A stretch of 64,000 nucleotides of DNA from Octopus sinensis. Its lineage: Eukaryota. Positions 25,170 through 38,629 of the stretch are shown here, one piece after another. The position numbers were made by a program, and so were the translations under genes. A model generated the notes under the pieces. It did no database searches, was not told the origin of the DNA, and saw only the letters and a program-made list of their open reading frames with translations. The number at the start of each line of letters is the position of its first letter. Position 1 is the first letter of the stretch. Where the stretch lies: NCBI RefSeq assembly GCF_006345805.1, contig NW_021825323.1:992001-1056000 (forward strand). The letters run 5' to 3'.

Positions 25170-26310
25170 TTCTTTTATTGATTTGGTTAAAAATATCCGT
25201 CGAATTCTTATGGACAGTCATATCCACCTGAAACCCGCAAACAAAGAAAAACTTTATTTTCCAAGAAAGGAATTTGGGAGAGGCCTGGAATCAGTCAGTA
25301 ATAAAGCGGAGAGAATTTTTCTTCAATTTTATGATAATTTGAAACATAAGGTAAATTACTGTCTAAGAAGAGCAGGAATTCTGCGGGTCATCAATTCAAA
25401 AAAAACGCATATGGCCACTATTGTAGAATTCTTGTCTCGAAAATAGAATGAAAATGTAAATGAATTGAAAATATCAGACCTGGTGAAAATTCAATGTAAA
25501 TATCTATGGAAAAAAATCGAAAAGAAGCCCTTGCACTCTATTCTGTTTGAATGTCTAAAGAATACTGAAGTTGATGTATATGAAGCTTGCAGGTGATTAA
25601 TTCATGGAAACAATTCTCCCCGGACTAAAGCAAATTTGTGCCTGTTGCAAGACCGAAACTTGTTTTTTCAGCAATGGAGAGAATTAATGCAGTCACTGCA
25701 ACTCATCCAAGAAGACCGTCGATCACCTTGCTACCAGATGTAGGCGAATGCTTAATGGTCACTACCTTAGACGCTATAACGAAGTGGTCAAATGCTTGCA
25801 TTTACATCTATGTCGCCAATATGAAATTAAAAAGTCGAAAAATTAAAAACCCATTCAGTCCAATTTGTTACCACCAATGAATTTGTGGAAATCCGAGTCG
25901 ATACAAACCTCCCGACTGCTATCCCGAATAACAAGCCAAGCATATTTGTTCATAACAAATCGAGCAACACAATTACTCTTATCGAGATGGGGATCACTTC
26001 ACAGAATTTTCTCAAGCAGGTATAAGTTGAAAAGTTCCACATTAAGACTTCTTGGCAAATGAACTGGGAGCAATCCATCGGGCAAGAGTAAAGATCGTCC
26101 CTGTCGTCTTGATCTGGGACGGAATAATGTCAAAATACTTTAAAAACCATCTGGTAATGCTTGGCGTGGAGGACAGAGTGAGGAATACATCCAGATATTG
26201 GATACCTTAGAAAGCATGCAAGCCGAGACAAGGCACGGGTTATCGATGCCTGTTGAAAAGGTAGCCCCTGAATCTAGACTGCGCGTTTCGGTTAATCTGT
26301 AGGCCCTTTG
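25170..26310 (+). mobile_element. decayed R4-like non-LTR retrotransposon fragment
   Basis: IHLKPANKEKLY, GNNSP, RYNEVVKCLHLHLCRQY and REL endonuclease motifs, with frameshifts. Closely similar to 61800-62535. Confidence 0.85.
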
Positions 26311-26711
26311 TTGGATCTCGCGTAGGAAATGGACGGTTCAAAGTATTGACGGCATAACAAATTAAGGAAATCAGTCTAAAATAGTCACATATTTCTATTA
26401 AATCATCAATAAATCCTTCATTTTTTATTGTTTCCTTTGCTCTTTAAAATTATACAATTGTTGCGTAACAAGTAAAGATTTTTCTCTCAATATTTCCACC
26501 TGCAATCATATCATTCACAATCTGACATACAATTGATGAATTCGTCAACAAATTTAATGCTATAAAATCAATAAGATAGCTGTTAGATGATCCGTTATCC
26601 TCAAATTTGAATCAAAAAAATTATCAGGTTCTAAGAAATGAATTTTCTAATTTTAATAAAATAAAAATATAATTTGATAATAATAAATTAAAATTTGAAA
26701 AAACAAAAAAA

Positions 26712-28239
26712 TCATTGGATAACTAATTTCTGCATTTTGGTTACAACCGCATCCACTTTCTTATATAGGGTAATATCAACCGATTCCGCAACAACAGTAG
26801 AGGACAGTGAATCCTTAATATCAATAAAAAACCAAAAAACATTTTTATAGTCGACTGTAATTCTCATGTTCAAATTGGATCCCAATTCCTGAACCATTCT
26901 GTCCAATTCAACTCCATCAATTTCAAACAAAGTCATAAAATTACTACAAATATATAATCATTGCGTCAAACAAACGTTATAGACAAACAAGACATTATTT
27001 TTAACATTCTCTTCAAAATTAATTGACAAGAATATTTATAAAACAAATCCGCAAAATTACTCGCGAAATAATCCAATTTTATAATCTGAAAATTTATAAA
27101 AAAACAAATCAACTTCCCGACAGTCCTTAAGGTCCCTTGCCATCGAAACCAAATCCAAGTCGCCCACCAACCTAAGCACAAACGAGGAAACACAATCCTT
27201 GTCCACCATTTGCTTCTAATACTCAAAAAACACAAAATCAACAATCAGTTCCAAAAGACGTTCAAAATTGTCGTCATTTCGAGACACAACAACAGCCACA
27301 GCCAAATAACAAACCAAATAAGGCGACCGACTTACAACACCATCCAAAAAACTAATCATCAGTCACTTCCATCAACCTGCTCTCAAAAAACAGCTCACAA
27401 AAAACTGGAAGTGACTCAACAGAACGGAAATAAACAAACAACGACCAATTTATCAGCCACAAATAATCAGTAAAAGCCCTCACAAGACTGACTTTCGACT
27501 AACCTAATTCCACAACCCAAACCTGTGATAAAACCTGCCTCAATTCAGCCAAGTGGGTCTCAGCCCGACTGAAGTTACCCAAAAGAACGGCACAGCACAA
27601 CTTACCCCAAAAACCCTTCATAAACCGGCCAGAATCGACATAAAGCATCTAAAACACGTAGAAAGAATCTACTAGTGGGTGAAGTAACTCCAATTGGAGG
27701 TAGGCCTCCTCGTATTTGCCAATATCAAACTTGAATTGGACAAACTCGAAGGCAAAACACAACAAATTGGGGAAATCAGTCTAAAAATAGTCACAAAATG
27801 GCTACATCAAATTCCGACTGCAATCTGCTGAAAACCATGCTGGGGACTCTAAAATTGATGGGTTGATAAGATCACGTGCTGCCGTTGATTTCGCTCTTGA
27901 ATTTGGAAATGGCCGCAAATAGGGGACCGAAGGACTTTTCGTTCGAGGAGAGTACGGTGCTAATTTTTTCACGTTTTTCAAGTAATTCTAATAAAATGTT
28001 TGAATTAGTGAACCATGTGGGGCTGTTTCAGTGTTGTAAACTATTTTGTAGTATTCAATCTCGTCGTCTATTCCGTGGGTTTTTGACAGTAATTCGAGAA
28101 TGGAAGAATTCATATCTGATTTTTTGTATATCTTTTTAAGGTTATACAAATATTTTGATAATACGTTTAATTCGGCATAATATTTTATAATACGAATGGA
28201 CATGTGTCTATCGAGATATTGGAGTAGATCGAAATTCAT
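26712..28239 (-). CDS. EIF3E: eukaryotic translation initiation factor 3 subunit E (divergent)
   Basis: DLLQYLDRH, LELLSKT, QFKFDIGKYEEA, FWGKLCCAVLLGNF and WLINWSLFVYF align with the eIF3e pattern. Micro-introns. Confidence 0.82.
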
Positions 28240-28489
28240 AATCCAACAAAAATCGCGCTCACGTTAATTCACGTTCTCGTTCATTTATTATTTTTTAATT
28301 TTATAATCATATAGAATTAACAAAATTATAGAGTTTTCCTAAATAAACCCTTATTTCAACATTTCCAGTTAATACAAGAGAAATTATAAATTATCTTATT
28401 GATAACTCTTCTCTGAGTTCAAGTCGTGTTTCAGAAATTTTTTCGTCGCGTTTTAAAAAATCAATTTCGAGACGTGCAATTAACGATCT

Positions 28490-31210
28490 TAAATTGAACA
28501 AACAGAAGATTCTTGGAATTAATCCAATTTATAGGAAAAGTTCTCGTTTTTCGAAACTCAGATATTCATCAATTAATTCTGAAATCATTACCTGGATAGA
28601 TTACATGGAATCTATTGGAGTTTGCCTCAATGATGAGATAATTTTATTTAAAGCAGCTGAATTTGCTGCGTTAAACGGTCTCTCCGAATTTAAATCCAGT
28701 AAAGGATGGCTTGAAAAGTTCAAAAAAAGGCACAATATAAAAATAAGAATTTTTCACTGTGAATTGGGATATACTGCGGATGAGTTCAAAGACGAAACTT
28801 TAAAAACTTAAAAAATAAATGAATATAATTCCGAAAATGTTTATAATTCCGACGAAACAGGCGTATTTTACAAGACCATTCCATCAAAAAGTGTCTACAG
28901 AAAACACCGACCAGGACAAAAATTACTTAAAGATAGGCTCAACATTTTTAGCCAATTTTCAGATTTTCATTAATGCTTTGCGCAAATATGAATGGATCTG
29001 ATAAAAGAACTCCATTGATGATCGGAAAGTTTAAAAAGCCAAGGTGTTTCAAAAACTTGAACGTGATGAGTATTTACAATACCACAATTCTTCAAAGGCT
29101 TGGATGAACGTGAAAATATTTAATGAATGGTTGTATAATTGGAATAAAACTCTTAAACGAAAACAAAGAAAGATAGTTTTGGTTGTAGGCCATTGTCCTT
29201 TTCATAGAATAGCAATCGAATTAAGTATGATAGAAGTTTTATATTTGTTAAAAAACACGACTACAGTCCGACCCCAAATGGGGCACCAAGTGCCCCAAAA
29301 TGCGGGGGTGCCCCAAAAACAGGGGTTTGTTATTTTTTAAAAATAAACCATTAATAAACATCAAAAAACATTTTTACTAAAATATTCAGTTATTTTCTTT
29401 TTATTTGTAGAGTTTTGTCTGATATTGTTCGTCAATTTCAGCCGAAAATCAAAAAAATCTCGGAGCATACTTGGTGCAACATTAGAAATTTTTTCTTCTA
29501 AATTGTTAAGCAGATCTTTTGTTTTTGCTACGACATTTTCACTATTTTCGGTTTCTGAATATGTATCATAAACATTATTGTTCATGTCTTCGCATTCTCC
29601 ATCAATTGTTTCGTTAACAACTTGATCTAAATGTTCATCTGTTAGACAGTTTTTTGTTGCATAAGAATCACGGTTCCTGTCGATTTTCTTCCAACAATTA
29701 ACAATACTTTTAGCATCTATTTTCTCCCATCCTTTTGAAATTAGCATCATAACCTGACGCAAATTTAATTTACCAATAGAATGTGTAAAATCGTTTTCGA
29801 AATCTTGAAAACATAAAAATTCCATTAAGAAAGAGGAATAATAATCTTTAAAAATCTTGATTATTCCCATATCCAAAGGTTGTAAATAGGGCGTTGTATT
29901 TTTCGGCAAAAATAAAAATTCGATGTTCGAACATTCGGCAGTTTTATGGCATCCCGCATTGTCAAGTATTAATAATATTTTTCTGTTGTTTTTGCAAAAC
30001 GATTCATTATAAGTGTAAGCCAACTCATAAAAGTCTTTCCAGTCATCCATGCATTTTGAGAAGATGAATACAATAACCAAAATCTTGAACATCAAAATTT
30101 TTTAGACACCGAGGTTTTTTATATTTTCCAATAATCAATGGATTAAGTTTTTCCCCGATTAAACTGCAGCATAGAAGAACAGTGAGTCTTTCTTTCCTTG
30201 TTTATAACCAAAACACGGTTCGCCTTGTTCAACAAATGATTTTTGAGGAGTTCTTTTTATAAAAAGCGCAGTTTCATCACAATTAAATATATTCTCAGGT
30301 CCATATTTTAATACTTTCTGGTCATATTTTTCAAAATAATTTTTCACATAAGATAAATCACATGAAGCTTTTTCACCACATATTGACTTGAATTGAAGTT
30401 CATGCCGCAATTTAAATCTATCAAGCCACCCATTGGAAGCTTTAAAAGAAGTAAATCCAATTTTTAAAGCTGTAACTAAGGCAATTTTTTTCAAAATAGG
30501 GCCTGAAATCGGAATTTTATCTACGCGTAGTCTTTGAAATATTTCAAAGACTTGATCATCAAATTTATCTTTATCGGCTTTAAATGTGTCATATTCCTCA
30601 GAAATAGTATTGCCGTGTTGCAAGAAAGGTACAATATTTCGTTTTATTCTTGATATTGTTCCTTTACTTGTGTTGTACTTTTTCATTAGTTGCCTCTCAG
30701 ATAAATTTTTCTTCAAAATTTCTTTAGCAATCTTCAATTTAGTTTCGTAATCCATAACCACAACAATAAAAATATAAATTGAAAATAAAACAAAAAATAA
30801 TTAATTTATTATAATTTTATTTTATTTTTAATTCCTTATAAATGATTTTATGGTGCCCCAAAAATTCCATAATTTTTTATCGATTTTTATTTTTTTTCTG
30901 CCAAAATGTACTTTTGGAATAAAGTGCCCCAAATTGCGGGGGTGCCCCAAAATCCGAGGGTGCCCCACCCCTGGGGTCTGCCCCATTTTGGGGTCGGACT
31001 GTACTGTGCTTCAACCGATGGATCAAGGAATCATTAGATCATTCAAATCGCATTTCAAAAAATTTAAATTTAAACATATCATTGAAAAAATAAATAACGG
31101 TAAAGCAAATATTAAATGCTATAAAAAATTAACGCTGAAAGATGGATTCTTATTTTCTTATCTTGCCTGAAAAAATGTGTCGGTGGATACAATATCAAAA
31201 TGTTTTTAAA
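28490..31210 (+). mobile_element. pogo/Tigger transposase relic (host), interrupted by a second pogo element
   Basis: FKSSKGWLEKFKKRH and SSKAWMN motifs. Removing 29264-31003 restores KNTTTVLQPMDQGIIRSFK. Confidence 0.85.
29264..31001 (-). mobile_element. full-length but frameshifted pogo/Tigger DNA transposon
   Basis: TIR CAGTCCGACCCCAAA at both ends, TA TSD at 29262-29263 and 31002-31003. HTH (FKASNGWLDRFK) and DDE_1 motifs (FNCDETAL, LILDNAGCH, LQPLDMGII). Confidence 0.93.
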
Positions 31211-31989
31211 TGCTATTTTCCAGTTGCTAAAAATCATTCGTCTCTTCTACTTTTAGTATTTTAAATTACTGACTGTGTAGTATTCACGAAGGCAATAAAA
31301 TGTGCATATTCACAAATGGGTCCCAACCCAAAATGTATACTTAGATATTTATAAAGATACTTACAAGGAACACAACAGTGACGACTGATCTAAGAACCTT
31401 TTAACTGACAAAAGTGTGCAAATAGATGGTAATTTATTTCGCGAGGTAACACTAATCACGGAGGAGGCATATGGTGTGTTAGTTTATTCACAATAGATTG
31501 CAGCCTCTGTCGCCATTCAGCATCAACCAATCTTCTATGCAGAGATGCTTGTGCCTAATAAAATATTCGGATTTCACTAATTAACTAACTTGATTATTCA
31601 TTCCAATATTTCCTTGTTCCTCTTTTTATTTCTAATCAGTGTTACATGCATTAATCACAAAAAATACATATTTGATTTCGGAGAGATACATGTCAAGCAG
31701 TAAGATTTGGTCCTCTGTAAAATGACCTCCTCGATTTTAATCTCCATTGGTATCTTAATCCTGAAATGGACAGCTATGAAAAATTCTCTTAATATGGCTT
31801 CATTGGCATTAATGTGATTGATTATTCATTCGAATATTTCCATGTCTCCGGCTATCAAAAATCTAAGAAGGACGGGCTTTTGTGACCTGACGGAATTTCT
31901 ATAATTCTGTTGAAAAACCTTGGGCAAGTAGCAATAGCAGCTCTGGATCAAATCTATACTTTCTTAATAAACAGCAATTCAATACCTAC

Positions 31990-32460
31990 TGTTTAGAAAA
32001 TGGCCCACATTTGCCCTATCCTGAAACAGAAAGTCTAAATACGACTTACGTCATACAGTCCAATCTTCATCCTCTTCGTTTTATCTAAAGCTCTGGAAAA
32101 ACTGGTACTCAACTGAGTAAAACATTTCTTTCCTTATCTGAATTTCCAACATGGATTTAAAAGTGGGAAATCTATGGCTTCGCTTCTTACCACGCTGACT
32201 AACTTTGGTGGACATTTACAATGCTTTCGACTCCGTGTCTAAGAAAATACTGACTAGGAAAATATTTCTCACCAAAATCCCCTCCATCCTAAAAAGTGTG
32301 GATGACTAACTCAGATGCATAAAGCTGGAGGTGTAATTGTTCTATCATATGCGGATGATATTGTAGTTGCCTCTCGCAACCGAGAGGTGGCAACAGCAGC
32401 GGAAAGCTAAAAAATTACCTCTATTAAACCGACTATCAACAAGTCCAGGAAAATCAACAA
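31990..32460 (+). mobile_element. degenerate LINE RT fragment (related to 51570-52925)
   Basis: FQHGFK, AFDSVS and YADDIVVAS-like remnants that parallel the 51570-52925 copy. Confidence 0.65.
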
Positions 32461-33253
32461 GTCCAAGTCCAGTCCAGGAAAATTGATTTATCTTCATTAA
32501 AATATTTCTCAGAATTATGAATAATGGTACAATTTTACATCCTTCCATTTATTTTCAATCCGCAATAAACCGGTCTTGGTGAAGTTGACATTTTAAGGCA
32601 AAAAATTACTCAATTAATGGATGGTGTTGTTTATCAAGACTAATTTTTCTATTTCTGGATATTAAAATTAAAGATACACCCGAATATCATCCTTAATATT
32701 TAGTCTCGTACGATAAACTGATTTTAAATCTAGCAGTGATGAAAATTTTTGTTTGCAAAACATCCTCCTAAATATGGTTCTCAGCTCAATAAGACTTTTC
32801 ACAGTCAAGTCCATAAGAATGGTATTATTACATTCATTTAAAACTAACATGATTCTTCCACGCACATTTAAAAAACTTAAATTATATATTTATTTATATT
32901 ATTGAGTTTATCATATTAAATGGTAAACCTAAAACTGTATAAATTCACACTGCTTAATTAACTGCGTCAACGAGTTGCATGTTCTTTTATTGCAAATATT
33001 AATTTTTTATTCATAATTATTATTATTTCTATGTAAGGACTTAATGCATATTAATATTTGCTCAGAACCTTCCATGAATTAAAAAATTGTTGGTTATGAG
33101 TTTGTTTTTCCCAATATTGTGATATGTATTATTCCTTTGTCTGTAATTTGAAAATATATTATTTTTATTAATTTCCATGAATTCTTTTTAATGACGTAAT
33201 TTTTAAATTCTAATTGTCAAAACGATTCTTGATTTGACCTGTTTATAATTTTA

Positions 33254-33554
33254 TTTTTCAGACAATTTAGTAATTTATTTTTAATGTTTTTAGTGCTATT
33301 ACTCTAAAAACATTACTTAATGATTATTAATGTTTTTTATACTTTTATTGTATGCCGAATTCTCATTTTATTAAATATAAAAATTTCTATTATTGGATTT
33401 CCCCTTTTTCAGACATTTAATAATTTATTTTTAATGTTTTTTTAGTGCTATTACTTTAACAACATTACTTAATGATTATTAATGTCTTTTATACTCTTAT
33501 TGTATGCCGAATTCTCATTTTATTGAATATAAAAATTTCTATTATTGGATTCCC
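33254..33554. repeat. two-copy tandem duplication, period about 151 bp, AT-rich
   Basis: TTTTTCAGAC...GTATGCCGAATTCTCATTTTATT...TATTATTGGATT starts at 33254 and again at 33405, with few differences. Confidence 0.9.
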
Positions 33555-33989
33555 TTTATTTATTTTTTGTTTGCCTTATCTGTGCCGAGTACAAATAGAG
33601 TGATATCTCTTCCAATATCTCTTTACGCAAGATAGCGCAAGATAAGGCACGATTGCTGTAACTCATATCACCTTTCCTGTATTGTCAACGAGCTATCTTT
33701 CGATTTAAATCCATTGTAAGAAAACTAACTCACCATATGCTTCCTCGGTGTTTAATTTTGCCAGTCAAGTTTTATCTTTATTTATTTTTACACGTTTCTT
33801 TAGAAAGCAAATTAATCTAAAGGATGGTCTCTCATATGACCCTCAGCTTGTGGATTTAATCGTTATCATGAACATTCTTACAAACTAAACTTGCAAAAGT
33901 ATCTACATTCAGATAACGAAGTTTACTACAGTAATTTAGTGATCCAATAATTGAATATACATCATGTTCTGAATACTAAAATTGCTATG

Positions 33990-34430
33990 ACTGATATTCT
34001 AACAACTCTGAAACGTCGACTAACAAATTTTTTATCTGACCGCTTAGCCAAGCAGACTCCAGAGGGTGCAAGTCCCCGCAAGACTCAGTGCTATTGCCAG
34101 CTCTCTTGAACCTTCATTTAAGTGACGCAGCAGTCAGAATACCTTACTACTCTCATACACAGACTACATAATTATTGCATCAAAACATAGCAATCTATTA
34201 ACGGTCACTAACAACATAATAATCTCATTTGGATTTCATTCAGCTTGCTTTACCATCAACCAGCTCTCACCATCTCTTTACGACCAGCAAACGTGAACTC
34301 AATCATGAACCATCACTCTTTGTATTTGGAAATCGCTTATTCCTAATTAAAAACCCCAAAATTCTGGGTGTCACTTATGACAATAACCAAATACAGTCTT
34401 CCCCCTACTGCTCGCCATTTTTGGACTAAG
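33990..34430 (+). mobile_element. degenerate LINE RT fragment
   Basis: Remnants resembling PQxSVLLPALLNL and KNPKILGVTYD. Heavily decayed. Confidence 0.45.
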
Positions 34431-34689
34431 CCAAAAGCATTTTATCTGTGTATGCTATGACTGATATGCTATTAAAAAAACAGAGAATATTAGTGAAAAT
34501 TTATTTTCACTCAATTTTTTAATATTTTTTTTGTAATAAAATCATTCACATTTGTTTATTTTTTAATAGCAAAATAAACGCGTTTGGAGAACATGTTGCT
34601 AACCCTGACACAATCATTTTTTGACATTACAATGTCATTTTGTGGCCAAAATTTAATCATTAAGTATTTTAATTATTAATAAATTGATT

Positions 34690-35350
34690 AAATGAACAAA
34701 ACAATTGTCAGTTAACTAAATTAATCCAGCCGAACGGATTGCTTGCGCGTTCCCGCGCACGATTGCGAGTGAGATCCTCTGCCTCAACCAAGAGGACTCG
34801 CGAGCATCCATCTTCTTCCGAGCGATGAGGATACCGAGGTCTTTTAAGAAGCATGAGGTCTGCGGACCGGAAGCGCCTGATGTCTCAAGAGCCACAGGCA
34901 CGAAGGAATGCCGAGTGGCAAGATTCTTGTATTTTTCCACTTTGCGGGCTTCCGCCACGGCCGCGACCGAGCCGGAGAAGAAGCAGATGACGGTAGAGCG
35001 GATGGGGACCATGTGTCTGCGCACGTGGCGTCCCAGATCAGGCAATTGCCATTCCGGAATGGGAAGGTGGTCATCCCGTCCGGGCGTTTGCCGTCCCCTC
35101 TGTCCAATCCAACTGGTTCAAGCACGTTGGGGAAGCCAGCAGCGTTGAGAGCTCTTGAAATTACGTCGTTGATTGCTCCATGGCGAGGCGAGCGGCCTGC
35201 GCTCCGGCGGCAGGAGAGGGGGTGAAGGCCTTTCACGTCCATCGTACCTCCGCATCGACAGGGATGAGAGGCGCAGACATCGAGCCCCAGCCGAAGAGCG
35301 ACCCCGATGCGCAGTGTTTCGTTGTCCAATAGGGAACCCGTCGATGACGT
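34690..35350 (-). mobile_element. GC-rich CRE-like non-LTR retrotransposon 3' fragment
   Basis: [14 protein letters not shown]...HPLSC...RH zinc knuckle, [25 protein letters not shown] and ISLAIVRGNA. One frameshift. Confidence 0.88.
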
Positions 35351-35642
35351 TGGCAAAATACCCTAATAAAGACTTATATTAATTATAAGCACATTCTCAA
35401 CTTTCCCAAATGGCAAAATACCCTAATAAAGACTTAGACAAGGATTACATATTCAAAACCATTCGCTACGAAAGAACCAGCAAATTTCAAGGTATTATCG
35501 ACTCGGGAACCGTGGGTGGATGTCAACCGGCGACACCCTTTTGGGTGAACTCCGCTTATGACTGTAGCCATAAACGGTCAAACTGAGTACTCTAAATGTG
35601 ATTTGAGACAGAATGGGAAAAATGTTGCTGCGGAAAAGAATT

Positions 35643-35824
35643 TCTTTTTTGGGCTCTTCGGGGATTGGCAAGACAGAATTGGCCAAACCGATGGCAAAAT
35701 ACCTTCACGGAGACAAGAAAGCCTTCATTCGAATGTACATTATAAATTCCAACATCGACACGAAGTGGCCAAGTTCATAGGGTCTCCTCCCTGGTACGTG
35801 GGTCACGAGGAGGGAGGACAGTTG
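35643..35824 (+). pseudogene. CLPB/SKD3-like AAA+ ATPase fragment, disabled
   Basis: [28 protein letters not shown], a frameshift, then [26 protein letters not shown], where the canonical motif is SPPGYVG. Confidence 0.8.
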
Positions 35825-36429
35825 GGGGAGGTACGACATTCACTATGGAGCAAGGTCAATCAAACATGAGATTGAGAAGAGGATTATCAGTCAGATTGCC
35901 TTTGCACATGAACAGGAGTTGATTAAAGAAGGCTCCACCATTACTCTCAAAATTGATGGAAATAGTTCGGAAAATGTCTGTGGAAGAATTAAACTCTAGT
36001 TTTCACCAAATTCATCCCATGGATATTGGTAGAGTTTGCTCCATTTGAATAAATCAATGATTTTTAAATATATTTTTGATTCCTTGTGATTATTTACTTG
36101 TGTATATTGCAAACGAGCACTTGGGGTTGCTTGAAATGTCAATATGTTTTTGACGTTAAAATTTGTGTATTTAGTAATGCTTTGACGCGTTTTTGTTCAA
36201 AAAATAAATGTGACCAACGACGTTTCGGTGTGTTGAAATGTAAGTATCGGGTTTTTTTTGACCGAGAAGAGGATTACTTTTTATGTAAAAATTTACCGAT
36301 TATATTTGTATAGATGAGGGATTGTGTACAAGCAGACACTATTTCATGAATGCAGTACAATCTTGTATGGGGACTGTTTTCTAACAAAATAAAATGTACA
36401 TTTTCAACGAACGAAAATTTTTATTTTAA

Positions 36430-38460
36430 AAAGGCTGTTAGTAGAGGGTAGATTAAGACCTTCGGCATTCCTGCCTTTTCAGTCCCGCACACACGCTCGC
36501 CTCTCAGCCGTCCTTTTACAAACTTTGAGAACACTAGTGTAACCCCTGTAACCCTTCGTAATTAGTATAACCCCTCGTCCTTTTACAGACTTTGAAAACA
36601 CTGCACTTATCCGCACGCATCTTTAGACTCCTACTCCCACACCAGTTTACAAGTCCATATCCACAGCAACATGTAGCCTACGACACGCACACTCAGGTTT
36701 CATCGAGTGATCCCAGAAGATGATGTCGTCTGCATAAATTAACATTTCAGTACGAGCATTGACTGGTATGGGCGCAGAAGCCATAAAGACATTAAATTAA
36801 TTTCTTATCACTTCATATGACATATGAGACACATCTTCCGGTAAATCTGATGGATCTGTTGTTTCTCTAGCCAATTTTAGGAGGTGGTTGGTGGCCCTCG
36901 AAACTTGTTCCTCATGTTTTTCAATTTCCACTCCATGTTTATGTTCAACAAGCATGGCCTCCAATGTCTTTTTAATCGTCAGCGATTGTATATACGATCT
37001 AGTGGAAGCATCCAACTTCAGTCTTTCCATATATGACTTATAGAATTTAGAAACTATCCCGTCCCATGTGAGGACAATGGGGATTATCGTTACCTTCGCA
37101 CCGTGTATTTGAGATAATTTTCCAGCAAGAAGATCATATTTATGTAGTTTTTCTACTTCCACTTGCTTTAACATGGCGTGAGAAGTAATTCCGACTTCAA
37201 TTAGAGTGATTTCGTTTTTCTTTTATCAAGGACAAAGATATCTGGTCTATTGTTTTTTACATGAACATCTGTTTTCAAGATGGTGTCCACTCTTATCTCC
37301 ACTTTATGATTTGAGCTAACCGACTGGACTGTGTGTGACTTTAACCTTTTGGTTTTTCTGATTTCATATTGGCGGCAGAGATGCAAATGAATGCATCTTA
37401 TAACTTCATTATGTCTTCTGGTATAATCACTTCAGCATTCTGCTACATCTTGTAGCCATGTGATCAACAGATTTTTTAGCTTGATTACAATGATTGCATA
37501 TTCCTCCGTTATCGTTGAAAAATATATTTCGATCCTGAATAATACAATACATTGCTTCTGATCTCGGACTGTTGTTTCCATTCACTAGCCATTCCGTAGA
37601 CATATTGATGTCAAGATTCTGATCCTCATAACATTTGAAAAGTACGGAATGCAACATCTTCGATTTAATAATCTTCATTAGATTCTTTTGTTGATTCTCC
37701 TTGATTATGTTTATATTCAATTCTGAAGGATCTTCAATATTGTATTTGAAGGTAAGAAATCTTGCGATAGTGGCCATATGTGTTTTCTTTATTTTCAAGA
37801 CCCGCAAGATTCCAGACTTTCTGAGACACATTGTAGACTTTCTTTTAAGATGAGTTAAAAATTGGTATAACATGCATTCACTTTTATGGACAATTGAATT
37901 AAGTCCTCTTCCAAGGTTAGATCTGCTTATTATAATCTTTCCTTATTTGCAGGTTTCAGATGAACATGTAAATTAGATAGAATTTTTAGAACTTTGGTAT
38001 CAATGGCCTGAAACTCGTGTGGCTCAATGTCAATTAGTCCAATATAGTAATTGTAGGGTGACAGAGAATATTCATTAATCGCTTTGAATAGATTCACTGC
38101 ATTTAGCTTCGTGTTCACTAAGCTTTCAGTTCTCTTCTTTACATTTTCTGCAATTTTTTTCATAACTGCATGCTTCAATACATTGCTTCCTTTATCCTCC
38201 AGGACTCCCAGATACCGATATTCATCATATCCGTCAAGGCTTCTAGTTTCTTTAACATAATTCAGATTGGTTGCAGATTTTTCAGAATTCCTCCTGAGAC
38301 CAACAACACTGAAGTATTCATCAATACTATCCATCATCTTCAAGATCGTATCTTCTTTCTCAGCAAGTATTTTCAAATCATCAATAAATAACAGATGATT
38401 AGTTGAGTATGTTATTTGAGACTGGTCATTTTGGTCAATACAGATTTTAGGAAACTTGTG
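36430..38460 (-). mobile_element. 5'-truncated R4-like non-LTR retrotransposon (RT + zinc knuckle + REL), disabled
   Basis: YLGVLE, NAVNLFKAINEY, CNHC...DHMATRC, NNRPDIFV, VEKLHKYDLLA and IPIVLTWDG. Stops and frameshifts. The 3' UTR has a short direct repeat. Confidence 0.9.
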
Positions 38461-38629
38461 ATTTAGAATTGATTAATTATAGTCAACTAAATTATCTAAG
38501 TAAAAGTCTAGATCGTCAGTAATTTATTTTTTCCCTTAAAAGAAGACTTTACCGCAAACTCGCTTTTCTTTTTCATTTTTTTTGTCAAGGTTTTTGTTAG
38601 TTAAGTGTCGTCGCGGAATGCCAGCCTTG

